Positions 38,000-50,763 of a stretch of 64,000 nucleotides of DNA are shown here, one piece after another; position 1 is the first letter of the stretch, and each line of letters opens with the position of its first letter. The notes under the pieces are model-generated. The model was given only the letters and a program-made list of their open reading frames with translations. It made no database searches and was not told the DNA's origin. Source of the DNA: Heptranchias perlo. Taxonomy: Eukaryota. The translations under genes were made by a program, and so were the position numbers. Where the stretch lies: positions 21,762,001 through 21,826,000 of the forward strand of contig NC_090354.1 of NCBI RefSeq assembly GCF_035084215.1. The letters run 5' to 3'.

Positions 38000-39944
38000 G
38001 TAGGCTACAGCTTTTTGTTTCATAAGTAATTGGTAAAGTATATTTTGCATTTTCTAAGTTCATCATAAAATGGGTCTTCTGGCAGAATTTGGAAATAAGA
38101 CAGAATTTCTTTCAGGATCTGCTTTCCTTCGAAGAAGTGTGCTCACCATTTTTGTCATTTCAAATCTTGCAAGTTTTTCCTTGGGCAGCGTACCCCTGTG
38201 GCGGCAGGGGTAAGCGGCCTGCTCCCAGGCCATCTATGTGGTGGTATTAGTTGATCATTCAGAGGTGTGCAAAATTTTCAACAGTGGCATAATGGCCAAT
38301 TGATTTCTCTATTTCCCCTCTCCCACATGCAGGTGGGATGATACCCAGCTGCCATCAACCAGTTTGCCACATAGCTGAGATGAGGTGGAGATCTCAGTGG
38401 ACTAGAGGCTACAACCTGCATTATTCCTCTCTGTTACGTTTAACTTCAGTGGATTCAGCATGCCATGTTTCCTGATATAAAGGATCTCAAAACACCATAG
38501 CAGTTGCTGGTCCTGAAGCTTAAACCTGTTTTGTATACATTGTTTAAAAAGATTATTTTATGTTTTATATTTATTCTAATGAATGTTTTACTTAGAAATT
38601 AGGTAAAAGATATTATTCCTTCTTCTAACTTTTTAAAAAGAAATGTGAGGAGTGGCAGGAAAGAAACACAATGCATATATTTATCACCTGATCTTAAGTT
38701 TAAACTTTAAATGGCTCAAAACCCTTTATATGCATTGGATGTCTGGATTTTTATAGCAAGTTGTACGCATGCTGATTTTCTGAATAAAATCATTTTGTTG
38801 CCAAAAGTTTATTCTCTATACAATAGTCCTTATTTTAAAAAAAATTATTGAATATGCAACTGTTTAATTTATGCTTTGATGCCCTTCAAAGTTGTAAAAT
38901 CAGTTCACTGTTTTAGATCCTTTCTGATTTTATTTAGCTTTTTTGGTAACGAAAGGGGAATCTATTTTTCAGGAAAAGAATGCAGATTTTTTTAAGGCAT
39001 GAATTAAAAGTATAGAACTAAAACCATTTTTGCAAGAAAAGATCAATGTTGGGGGAACAGAATACACAAAGCAACGTCATTATGTAAATTTATGTAATAA
39101 ACTTGGCTACTGATTGATCTTTATACAATATAATTATGATATATTTTGATTTTCAAGTTAAATAAGCCAATTTGTAAGTGGTAAATTAAAGACTGAAAGC
39201 ATATATTTTAGTGATTGTTTTGGTATTGAGTAATGTAAACTGTTTTATCCTTAGATCTGAGCCTGGATTACTATTGAGACTATTGTGCAGTTTAACCATT
39301 TGCCCACAGGTCCATCCAGGCTAGTTTGACAACAGGATAATTCACTTGCTATTTGTCATTTCAAAGATCAGCTGATTGGCATATTGATTGGTAATAGTTA
39401 TGGTGATTTATTCTGGCAGTGTTTCATATGTTCTTACTAACAAATTACATCAATTAACATCAAATAAAATACTGCTGAGCAAAATGCAATGATGGGTCTC
39501 TGCAGCTGTCTTCAGCATTCCTGGGCTAAGGAGGAGAAAAATCAGCTTTTTTTTGTTCTTGATCATTTTCCAATTATCCTCATTTTTTGTTGTGGGGTGG
39601 GGGGGTGTGAACTCTGGGTAAGAAAATAGTTCCACAAAAGCTGCCTGCTCTTGTGGAAAAATGAGCAACTTTTTAATTAAAATGAGTGGATGGCCGAATG
39701 GGTGTGGTGAGAGCCATCTGTGTAGTGTGTACATCTCCATCTATATTGCTGAATTTTTGCTGCAGTAAATAAATGGAACTTTTGTTAAAGTTTTAATCCC
39801 TCATCAAGTTTGAGGTTCCTATGAAAAGTGGCTATTTAGGATATTGCATCTCGAGTCTTTTGGTTACCTCTAACTTATCTCTTTACTGAGTTTTTTATTT
39901 TATGTGTCATAGCATATTCAGGTGAGCTGTTCATTTTTTTTTCA

Positions 39945-40135
39945 GGAGCCCAAGGTGGCATAAAGGATTAGTAAACTGCTCTTTGTCTCGGGGGCCAGGG
40001 ATTACATCCAGGCCAGGCTTCTCTGATGAAACTGCCACATGTTAACTGTTATTATGTAAAATGAGTTTGGACTATTTCAATCCAATTAACAGTGGGTGCA
40101 GACCCACAGCATACACTACCAAATTGACACTGTGC
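39945..40135 (+). mobile_element. Degenerate LF-SINE-like element
   Basis: TATGTAAAATGAGTTTGGACTATTTCAATCCAATTAACAGTGGGTGCAGACCCACAGCATACACTACCAAATTGACACT resembles the recalled LF-SINE core; a decayed tRNA-like head lies upstream. Confidence 0.5.
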
Positions 40136-40504
40136 AGGAAAGAGGTTTAAAGTGCATATTTGGTAGAGTGTTGGGTGCTTTACTCTATATCGAGCTGTAC
40201 TGTGTCCAATCTGCGAGAGCTTGATTCTGATCCTGAGTCACAAAAATTGAAAGAATCATGGGAATGGAATTGACACTGCAAGTTTTCCGTCAAAAAAACT
40301 CCAATTATCTGGACAACTAGCATGCCGAAATGTAATTTTGCAATTCTAAACTGTAGTATTGATGTTTTTTTAAAAAAAAAGCTCAATTCATAATTTGTCA
40401 TGCTTTCATATTGGGTCAACATGCTAACTTGACTAAATCAGGAAGATGATTGTCTCTTGTAAAATTTAAGAAGGAAAAGGAACAGAAATTCCCATTATAC
40501 CTAT

Positions 40505-40770
40505 ACACATCAGGAAGATCCCAAATTCAATCCCTGGTCTATGTTTAATTTCAGTCAGGTGGCAGCAAGGGCTCTACAGTTGGCTTCAGCACCTCTGGGT
40601 TAGGGAGGAGATAAATCCAGAATTGGATTTGCGTGGGCACTGGGTGAGGGCAGGTTCAGGCTTAACTGTGATGCCCTTGGGGTGAAATAGCCTGGTGGCA
40701 CTTGTTGTCAACACTCATACATGAATAATTTGGGCAAGGTGCCAGAGGGCAACAGATGCTCATTGAGGGT
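40505..40770 (+). mobile_element. Old tRNA-derived SINE-like repeat
   Basis: B-box-like CAAATTCAATCCCTGGTCT. Related minus-strand fragments appear at about 515-590 and 38290-38430. Confidence 0.45.
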
Positions 40771-41019
40771 GGGAGGTCTGACATTTTTTTGGATGCTCTG
40801 AGACTGGCAGCACTTTGGTTAAATATAGTGCAGAGCCCAGTAAGGAAAATTCAAAAATAATACAGAATGAAATTACTAAGGACTTGAAGAAATGTGAGTT
40901 AATCAGAGCCAGTCAGCATGAATTTCTAAAAAGCAGGTAGTGCTTGACCAACCTGGTATAATTTTTCAAAGAAATAAGAGATATGGATCATGAGAATTTA
41001 ATGATGGTTTATAGGGTAC

Positions 41020-42070
41020 GGTAGTGATTATGTTATTGGACTAGTAATCCAGAGGCCTGGACTAATATTCCAGAGATTGTGAGTACAAATCCCATGGCAG
41101 TTTGAGAATTTGAATTCAGTTTAAAATAAAAAGCTGGCACCAGTAAAATTGACACTGAAGCTGTTGAATTGTTATAAAAACACAACTGGTTCACTGATGT
41201 CGTTTTAGTGAAGGAAACCTGCCGTCCTTACCCGGTCTGTCCTATATGTGACTCCGATCTCTCACCAACTTGGCTGACTCTTAACTACTCAAGTGTCCTA
41301 GCAAGCCACTCAGCTATATCAAACTGCTACAGAGAATAACAACGTCCTTCAACCTTCCATCCTTACCCTGTCTGGCCTACATGACTCCTCTTAACTTCCT
41401 CTGAAGTGGCCTAGCAAGCCACTTAGTTGTATCAAACCACTAGAAAGGAACAAAAGAATAAGACCGGATGGACCACTCAGCTACAATCCAGGCATTGAAT
41501 CAGGTCACGACAATTGCACACGCAGCCCTCTCAACCCTGTAGTCCTCCTGGTTAACATCTGAGGACTGATGCCAAAGTTTAGAGAGCTGTCTCACAGACT
41601 AGTCAAGCGACTGTCATTCTCAAAGAATAATACTTATCAGCCATCACCACTGGCAGGACAGACCCACCAGAGGTGGAAGCACTGTGTCATACAGTCTGTC
41701 TAGGGTTGTGGCCTTGGGAGTCCTCATCGTTGATTCTGGACTCCATGAAACCTCATGGTTTCAGGTCAAACACGGGCAAGAAAACCTCCTGCTGATTACC
41801 ACCTACCACCCTCCCTCAGCTAATGAATCATCCATGTTGAACACCACTTGGAGGAAACAGAGAGTAGCAAGGGCATAGAATGTACTCTGGATGAGGGACT
41901 TCAATGTCCATCATCAAGAGTGACTCGGTAGTACCACTAATGACTGACCTGGCCGAGTCCTGAAGGTCATAGCTGCCAAACTGGGCTTGCAGCAAGTGAT
42001 GAGAGAATCAACACTAGGGAATAACCTACTTGACCTCATCCTCACCCATCTACCTGTCGCAGAGTCGCAA
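41020..42070 (+). mobile_element. tRNA-like head followed by a CR1-type apurinic endonuclease fragment
   Basis: Head GGACTAGTAATCCAGAGG...GAGTACAAATCCC. Downstream broken frames give HETSWFQVKHGQENLLLITTYHPPSA, DFNVHHQE and NLLDLILTHL (EN domain motifs). Confidence 0.7.
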
Positions 42071-42109
42071 TGTTTTTCCTGTGGTGGGGGGACAAAAAGT
42101 GGACACAAT

Positions 42110-42510
42110 ACTTTAAATAAGGTGCTTACAAAGCCTAATATAACTGAATTATTGTGATCCTAGTTTTGTAATGAATGGTCCAGGCAATACAGCCGAGGAC
42201 CCTGTTTGCCTTTGATGCAGCTTACTGACACTGCATTGAAATGTTGAGAGAGAGGTTAATGATGATTCCCAAATCCTTCTCCCTCATTGTTCCCTTTAAC
42301 ACTTGTGTTGTATTCCACACCCTTATTATGTGCAGCCAAGTGCATAACTGCACTTGCCAATCTTGGGCCCACTTCAATCTATCCAGATCAATTTGTAAGT
42401 TATAGTAAGGTCATTACTCAGCTGCACATTTGGTGTCATTGTCAAATTTAATTACTGTGCTGCTGATGTCCTCCTCCAGATCATTAATGAGTATAATGAA
42501 CAGAAGAGGA
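42110..42510 (-). mobile_element. Highly degenerate CR1 RT fragment
   Basis: Reverse complement of 42430-42510 gives a PLLFIILINDLEED...KFDNDT-like RT segment. Confidence 0.5.
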
Positions 42511-43621
42511 TTTAATATGGTATATGACTAGGTGGCTCATGTGGAGAAAGAAAGGGGGGGGGGGTGGGGGGTTGGTGGTTGGGAAAGCAAGCCATCTGCA
42601 GTGTGCTGACTGATACAAGGGAAAGATAGTTGACTGTAGTACAGCTGTTTCTGCTGCTGGTACTTTGATTTTTGGATCTAATTTGACTTTTATCTGAGTG
42701 TCTGGATAGGTGTACTAATTCTATGGTACAGTTTCCATATCTGTGTTGCATTTTTGCCCTCTAGTGGAAATTGAGGGTAATAATTTTGGGGGGAATTTCA
42801 TTGGAATATATATTCAAAGCTTTTAAAAGCAGATAATGCTGGAAATACACAACATTCCCAATAAATGTCTGAAAAAACAAAAGAAAGGTTACATGTTTTA
42901 GGTGTCGATCTTTCACTACAGAACCAATACAGTTTCGCCTAATCAGTTGTCACTTATCGTTTGATGATCTTCCTAAAAGTAACACTGCACTTCATTTATA
43001 ATTTGACAAATGTAAGAATGGGGCAAGAATCTAAATGTTTTGAAAACACTAAGCTTAATTACAAGAAATTTATAGTAGGAATGAAGAGCCCATGTGGCAC
43101 ATTAAACGTACACCTTCTACATAACAATAGTGATGACTACTACTACAAAAGTAATTCATTGGTTGGGATATCTGGAGGACACCTTATAATTCCAGTCTTT
43201 TCTTCCTAACCAACTATGTGCAATTTCTGCTGTCTTACAGTCTGCCCCCAATTAAGTCTTCTGAAGAAGGGGTCAAAGATCTATTTATTTATTTATTTAT
43301 GTGCTCAATTATATTCTACCTAGTTGAGTAATGTGAAGTTTAGATTTCATGATTTTATTGTATTTAAAGAAAATTCCTGAGGGAGACAAAGAACGACAGC
43401 GCTTTGAAATCTCTCTGATCCCTAAAGCAGTCAAACAAAAAAAAAAGTGAAGTATTTAACCTTGATCAGCTTAGTTTATTGGTTCCAATGATGCTATCAA
43501 AACTGGAGATTGCAGGGCTATATTCCACATCTGTTAGACTGCCTTAATTTTACAATTTCATTTCTGTCTGATGAACCTTCTTGATGGAGGAATGGGAACT
43601 ATCAGCAAATTGCATTAGAAA

Positions 43622-44060
43622 AAAGAAAGAATTGAATTTATATAGTACCTTTATGTTCTCAGAAACTTCTCAAAGCACTTCATACACTGGATGGATTACT
43701 TTGAAGTGCATTGTCCGTTCGGTAAGCAAACACAGGAGCATTTTTTGTGAAATGAAATGCATGGCCAGTTAATGTGTTTTTGCTAGTGTTGGTTAATGGA
43801 GGAATGCTGATTGGGCCACAGGGAGAACCCACTGCTGTTCTTTGAATAGTTTTGTGGTATCTTTTTAACCAGAACAAACGGATGAAACTATGGTTTAACA
43901 GTTCATCCAATGGATGGTACCTCCAACAATGCAACCCTTCCTCAGTACTGTACTGGATTATCAGTCTAGAATATGTGCTGAAGTCCTGGAGTAGAATTTA
44001 AACTCTGATGGAGGTAAGAGTGTTACCTGAGTTGACACTCTTAGCTGAGCTAAGCTGACA
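43622..44060 (-). mobile_element. Degenerate DeuSINE copy
   Basis: Reverse complement is collinear with 2332-2762 (TGTCAGC head, Deu domain, TATAAAT tail). Confidence 0.75.
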
Positions 44061-44659
44061 TTACTGCCTTGTGAGGGTAGACTAAGCGCCCAGCTGACCT
44101 GCGACCAGAAAAACATCGGCAATCAGTCAGATGTGTTCTCACAGATAGTCTCGCCATTAACTCATTCTTTTTGATGAAACTGTGGTGCACTTCCAGTTTT
44201 AAAAAATTTCTGCATGAATTATTTGCCTATGTATTCTGAATATATTATAAATGTAAAAAAGACAGGGAGCTAGAAACAGGTTAGATAAATAAATGGTTGT
44301 AGGACTGTGGCTACCTGTAACTTATAAATGCTACCTGCTGATGACATTTGCAAGTTGGTGAATATAGTCTTTGAGAGGGGCAAAAGTTGTTTCGAGCAAA
44401 GGTTTGGGTGATATTAAAGTGGCTGTGTATGTAAAATAGAATTTTAATTGCCTTATATTATACTTTTATATCTCATTTTATAAACCAGAGGGTGAGTTAC
44501 TGTATCTGTACTTTTCCTTAAAGAATAGGACTTGAAAAATTTGTTCATATCTGTGACATTTGACAGTTATTCAGTTCCCCTATCGTTAGATAAATATTGC
44601 ATTAAAGAGCTTAACAGCAAGTGCTCTTCACAGGGTAAATTCACTAATCTCAAACTCCT

Positions 44660-44762
44660 AAAATAAAAACAGAAAATGCTGGAAATACTCAGCAGGTCAG
44701 GAAGCATCTGTGAAAAGAGAAACAGAGTTAACATTTCAGGTCGATGAACTTTCGTCAGATCT
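44660..44762 (-). mobile_element. Solo Penelope-like pLTR fragment with decayed hammerhead core
   Basis: Reverse complement CTGACGAAAGTTCATCGACCTGAAATGTTAACTCTGTTTCT... matches 5068-5165. Further fragments at about 42825-42925, 46640-46735 and 63165-63203. Confidence 0.8.
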
Positions 44763-45704
44763 GCGAGTGGGGAGTGTTATAGCCCTGTCTCTGATCTATG
44801 CTCCCATCAAACACAGGATTGGTGAATTTATCCTTATTACTGCACTTGCCTCTCTAATGTTTAGTCTTTTTCATGCCATGTGATGAGAAGGCCACAAGTA
44901 TTCATTAAGAAAATATATTGTGTTCTAGCCCATATCTAAGTAATTTGTTTGTTGATAGTTTTGTCTATAAATCTATTAATAATAAGTATGAATTTCCCAA
45001 AATCTAATGTATGATTGAAGCCAGAATATGCTAGTGACATGTTAGTGATTTGTTAACACCATGCAGATACAAGCAGCTATTTAAATCAGCAAATTTAAAC
45101 ACCTAGGATATAATTGTTCTCAGATTTTGTTGGCATTCTCTAAGCTTCACAACTCAATGGTGTATAAACTTTCCTCTGCAATTGTGCTGTGTAATGAAAT
45201 AAACTTGATTTTAAACATCAAACCTATAGGACAGAAATTTGTGCAAGTTCATTGCTGATTGCAGGCTGGATTTTACTGCAAAACAGTTTCTCCACTAGAT
45301 CTCTTGTGACAGAGGAAGCCCACCACAGGTGGCCAGTAAAATTCAGTTGCGCTGCAGCAGGACAGCTGCTGCAGTACCTTGAGGAGGAGGAGCCAGGTTT
45401 AATGGGGGCAGAAGCCATCCCCTGAAGATTTCTATTTAAATGTTAGAAAGATTATTAGCCACAGGTGTTCCAGCTGAAGGTAAGGGGCTTGAAGAGTCTG
45501 CCCACTACTAGCCCTCTCCCAAATAACAGCAATAGTAAGATTCCCATCATTGTCTCTGGGTGTACCGTCATCCCACTGGAATCAGCAGCATTTGAGGCAG
45601 TAGGGCAGGGAAATCGACACTTCCCCAACCCCCCCCCCCCACCACTACCATTATTTAAATACAGCAGCATAGCCACGTTCCCTACTGGGAGGAGGTAAAT
45701 TCAG

Positions 45705-45890
45705 TATTCCCAACGTATAGCTGGAGGAAATTACGCTCATCCAAGACTGGATGCCGGACTAATAATCTGACAACACAGAGGCAGTGGAGATTTTGAGAGA
45801 AGTGGTGGAGAGATAGAGCTGGTGTCAATCAGCATGCATGTGGAAGCTGATTCCATGTCTGCAATTATGTCACCAAGGGACAGCATGTAG
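45705..45890 (-). mobile_element. L2 RT fragment
   Basis: Reverse complement matches 27230-27375 (YADD region). Confidence 0.7.
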
Positions 45891-47029
45891 AGAATAGCTT
45901 AAGTTCAGCTTAAATATTGCTTCAAGTAAAATACCAGATACAGCAAGATCTCAACAAAGACAACTGAAATGAATCTTTTGTGGAAAATAAGTATCTTCCA
46001 CGTGGTCTAGTTTTTAACCTCCTTGCTTAATAACTTTATGTACTATAATAAAATTGTGTGGGCGGGCGTGTGTTAAAATAATTCAGGCTGATAACTGATG
46101 TGTTTCTGACGGGTGGGGTGGATTTTCTACAAAGCATCAGAACTTGCTTGATTTTAAGCCCTTACTGATGTTGGAAAAACAGTAAAGATTTGTGTTGTGA
46201 AATTAAGCCACCTACTGTAAAGACTCAGATTGTGTACAGTTAAAAGGGAAGAAAAGTGTAGGCAGTTCATGTACTACCTCTTTTATAGGGGGTTAAAAAA
46301 AAGTCTTACCAGATATTTCTTGGTAACTTTTTCAATTTTATTGTTGCCATAAAATCCCACAATTTAGCTCTGCTCCACTAATGTCAATTGTAAGAAGTGT
46401 CCTGGAGCAGGAAGCAGTGGGGTGGGATGGGGGGGGGGGGTGGAGACGGGGAACAAACTTAAAACCAACCTGAGAGCTGCACTGGAGCCACCCAACTGCA
46501 GGAAACTATGCCACAGGCTGGGAATGGTCCTAATAATTTACATCACCAGTATGACCTGGCAAGACCCTGCTCAGGATCTTCATGTTGGCAATAAAATTCC
46601 TTCCTTTTTTCTTGAAGAGCTTCCACCCAAAATTTTAAACCTGTCTTATGTTTCTGATGCTGACAGTGTTATTATGTATTTTCAGAATTTTCTGGGTTTT
46701 TTTTCAGATTTCCAGCATTTACATTTTTTTTGATTATAGTCTAAAATGTTGCAATTCCAATCTTCAGTTTTGATAATTGAGCAAGTTGCGTTTGTGTACA
46801 ATGTCATTTTTTGGTATGGAACTGTGCAAATACACTGAAATGCAATGGTAATATAGTTTTTATTCTCTTGTCCTCCCTCAGAAAATGTGAACTATTTTGT
46901 TATTGCTTAGGCATGCTCAACTTAATCGTTCCTGGATTTCAGAGAGTCTGTAGATCCGTAATAAAGTGACACCTTCCATTTCTATCTTGGGCTCCTCTTG
47001 GCATTTCATCTGTGAAGTGATGAGATTGT

Positions 47030-48178
47030 GGGGTAAAAATTGGTTAAGGGTCCATTCTGGACGTTGCGCTAACACCTGCGCCTGACGGACCCTGGGCAGG
47101 CAAGACGCAAGTTTGGGCCCAAGGGAGCACTTACCTGCAATCAGCGTTCCTTTTCAGGCCTTGCATGTGGAATGAAAGTAATTTGCACTTTCCACCACCA
47201 GAGGGAGCTCCATCTCTTAAAGGGAAGATTTTTCTTAGAAATCTCTTAAAGGTAGATTGTACCTGTTTGCTGAAAATAACAGTTTACTGTCTGCATGGAG
47301 TCTGAACAGAGATCATACATCGCACACGTAAGACACAGATGCAGATGCCATCCCTATGTTTACACACTGATGAGCTATGTTAAAACATTGAATAAAGGTT
47401 GCGCATTACTAAATCCCACATCCTCCAATCTGCACACCAGACCTCACCAATCAGCCGATCTGAGTTGGTATGCCTGCGAGAGCGCATGCACCAAAGTTAT
47501 CTGCTGATGCACTAGAGACCTTGAGTGCAAGAGGTGGTCAGAAGGAGGGGACATCCTATATCCACGGTAGGGGGGGGGTTGGCGAGAGGCTCTCCAGACA
47601 TATTCTCAAAAGACAGTGGGAGGCAGCGGGGGACAAAGTTAATGCCAGGTGCACAGCATCATGAACATGGATGCAGTGCAGAAAGAACTTCAATGCTGTG
47701 ACATGAGTGGGCAAGGTGAGTGAGGTCAACTGTCAAGTGGCATCTCCTACCAACTGCACCATGCACTACACCCCCATCCCCCACATACCAATGAATTCTT
47801 TCCATCAGTACTCAACTTTTCCCATCAGATGCTTCCTCCCGCCCTTACAAATTACCATTGTTTCAAGCCGCCCACCCACAACTCACTAAGACACGTTCGG
47901 ATGGTCGGGGTTAAGACTGTGTGTTGAGTTGAGCGTTAAGTCCCAAAATGGCGTCTATCACTTTAAATCAGCGTTGCACACTGATTGAAGCCATTTTCTC
48001 CCTATTTTACATAATTCCACTGTTTCTTATCTATGGCTGCGTAAACTCCTATACCAAGATGGTGTCTGGCACACATCACGCAGGAAACGTGCGTGCGCAT
48101 CCAAGACGCCATCTTGGATGTTGGAGAGGCCATGTAGCGTCGAAACAATGGGCGCTACATGGCCCAATTTAGTGCCCC
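47030..48178 (+). mobile_element. Second-family non-autonomous Harbinger element with a decayed Myb/SANT-like exon
   Basis: Termini GGGGTAAAAATTGG...CCAATTTAGTGCCCC with GTG flanks. 47470-47715 reads MPARAHAPKLSADALETL/VQEVVRRRDILYP/...KRQWEAAGDKVNARCTAS*TWMQCRKNFN, followed by AAG|GTGAGT. Confidence 0.8.
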
Positions 48179-49058
48179 GTGTGTTTATAATCTCCCAAAA
48201 TTGTTCTGTGCCAGTTATCTCTGTCTGCGAAGCCACCTACCTTTTTTGACTTGTCAGACCAAGGCTTATTTAGTTAGGCTTTTAGCATTCATTTTTCATT
48301 TTCAAAGCATAATTATAGAATTGCCATAGACAGTTTTATGTTTTCTATTGTGGAACGTTTTCTGCTATTTACCTTCATTTCAGTCACTCAGTGCCACCGG
48401 ATCCTTAACATTATCCTCCTACATTTGCTTTTGAATCTTTTAAATTTCTCTATTTCAAACCTTTCCAACACTCTGCACCATACAAAGAACACTAATCCTA
48501 ATACTATTGAAGATTCTGATCTTTATCTTAGCTGAGAATGCTGAGTTTCTTGAAGATGGTTGCTGCTTTTCCAAGGCAAGATATTGCCTTGCCAAATATG
48601 TTTGTGTTATGATTTAGGTTTCCTCCCTACACTTTTAATTTGTGTTCACAGTAAAAACATGGTTTCCATAAGCAGACTGAGTTTCCTATAAACCAATACC
48701 TGCAACCATATGTATGCAAGGAATGGGATAGCTTGCTACAAGACCTTTCAATTGTTACACTTCAATTGGGATAAAACACACTGGAGACCATATGATATGT
48801 TTGCCACCATTTATTCTGAAAGATGGTAAATACCACAATGTCAAGTTGTTGTGTTCAGGTTACACAGAAGATGATATACTGTAAGATGGTACAAATACTT
48901 AGAAAACAATAAAGATTGAATCAGTCTATTTGGGGTTAAAATATCTTTTTTTCAAAACATATTTCTCTCACAGACCGATACTCTGCCAGACTTTGAGGAA
49001 GCAGAATTTCATAAACTTCCCGATGTGGTGATATTCTTGCCTACCACATGGAGTATAA

Positions 49059-50763
49059 GGGCCCGATATTAGGAGGGAGGCGGGTTGCCAGCAGGGGGTC
49101 GACTGGGCGCGTGGGTAACCCGCCCAGTAAAATTGGTGGGTTCCCCACGCGATCACGAGTAAATTGAAGCCACTAACCTTGGCTTCCGGGTTTCGTGCTG
49201 GAAAGCTGCGCAGCGGGAGTACTGCGCACCCGCATCATAGGCTGTCAGCTGGAGGAGCCCTGTTTTAAGGGGCAGTCCTCCACTGACTGATGCTGCAGAA
49301 TGGAGCCAAAATTACAGCATGGAGCAGCCCGGGGGAAGGTTGCTCCCAGGTTTAATGATGCCTCACTCCAGGTACTATTTGATGGGGTGAGGAGGAGGGG
49401 GAGGACAGAGATCTTCTCCCCGGCGGACAGGAGGAAGTAGCCTGCCTCTGCCGCCACGAAGGCCTGGCTCGAGGTGGCAGAGGAGGTCACCAGCAGCACC
49501 AACATATCACGCATCTGCACACAGTGCAGGAGGCGCTTCAATGACCTAAGTAGGTCAGCCGAAGTGAGTACGCTTACTCACTCCCCTACACTCCGTCTGC
49601 CATATCACCGCCCCCACCCCACATCTCCTACTGCACTGCCAACACTACTCTATCATGTCACTCCTCACACCCACTCAAAGCTCATCCTCATCTTACCTGC
49701 ACTTACTCACCTCGCCAGTACTCATCCCACCACTACCACTCAACCCAATCCTCGTACAATCGCATGGCTCTGTCTCACACTCACCCTCTCATGCATATTT
49801 TTCATGGTCAGCCTCACCCCACCTGCCGCTACCTGTGCTGCAGCCACAGGGCATGCATCACGTATGTGTAGTAGGAAGCATAAGGCAAACGTTTCGTGAG
49901 CATGAAGGGGATGCACAAGGGTGTTTGAGGGTTTATCATGATTTTTACTTATATTTGATTTCTGATCAACTCATAACATATATTGTCACCACTACTGACA
50001 TGTCTTGGCTATTCTTGACTGGCTTGTGAAATAATGCCCTTTCATGAGGTTCTCCATGAACACCCTTGATGCCACCCATTGGGTCACCCTACAGCGGGTG
50101 TATGTGTAGTTGCACGACTACTTTGTGCAGGTTCCTGTTGCGCAGCACTGTGTTGTGTAGCTCCATGTGGCGGAGGTGGACGGCATGCCTGGTGAGGCTG
50201 GTGATGTTGGTCGTCCTCCAATGGAGTGATAAATGCAGTAATGGACCCCCCCCATCCTGACGGTGTGAGTGTGAGGGGGTCCACAACGCAAGTAAATGTG
50301 TTTGGACAGCAGAGTTTAGGGTATGATTGAATAATTTGAAGTGTGGAACAATGGTATGGCAGGCAAAACTTTGTCTAAGGTGACAGAGTGCCCTGCTGCA
50401 ATGAATGAGGGTTTACCCCGCACCTGTTAAATGGACCTTTGCAGCTGCTGCCGGCTGCAACACGTCTGTTTAAACAGGGAGTGTTTCCCCAGGGAAACAC
50501 GCTCTGGGTAGGCCAAAATCCGAATCCTCCTAAAATCTCCAACTAATGAGGTCTGTAAACGACCTCAAGTACCCAGATAATGATCTTAAGTGGGATCCTG
50601 CCGACTTTGATTGCCGGTGGGAGTCCTGCATGCAGGGGCTGCGTGCGCACCGATGTGCATCATTGGGGAACCCGGATGTGGGCAGGTTGGAGCCGGGCTC
50701 CGGACCCACTCCAGGAATCCCCAATTTTAGGAGCCCCCGCTCGGCCATCCGAAAATTGACCCC
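49059..50763 (+). mobile_element. Non-autonomous PIF/Harbinger element, inverted sister copy of 24000-25737
   Basis: Termini GGGCCCGATATT...AAAATTGACCCC; canonical TAA TSD (49056-49058 and 50764-50766). Myb-like exon 49319-49563 has a frameshift and a TAG (49438), and a GTGAGT donor at 49564. Confidence 0.9.
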
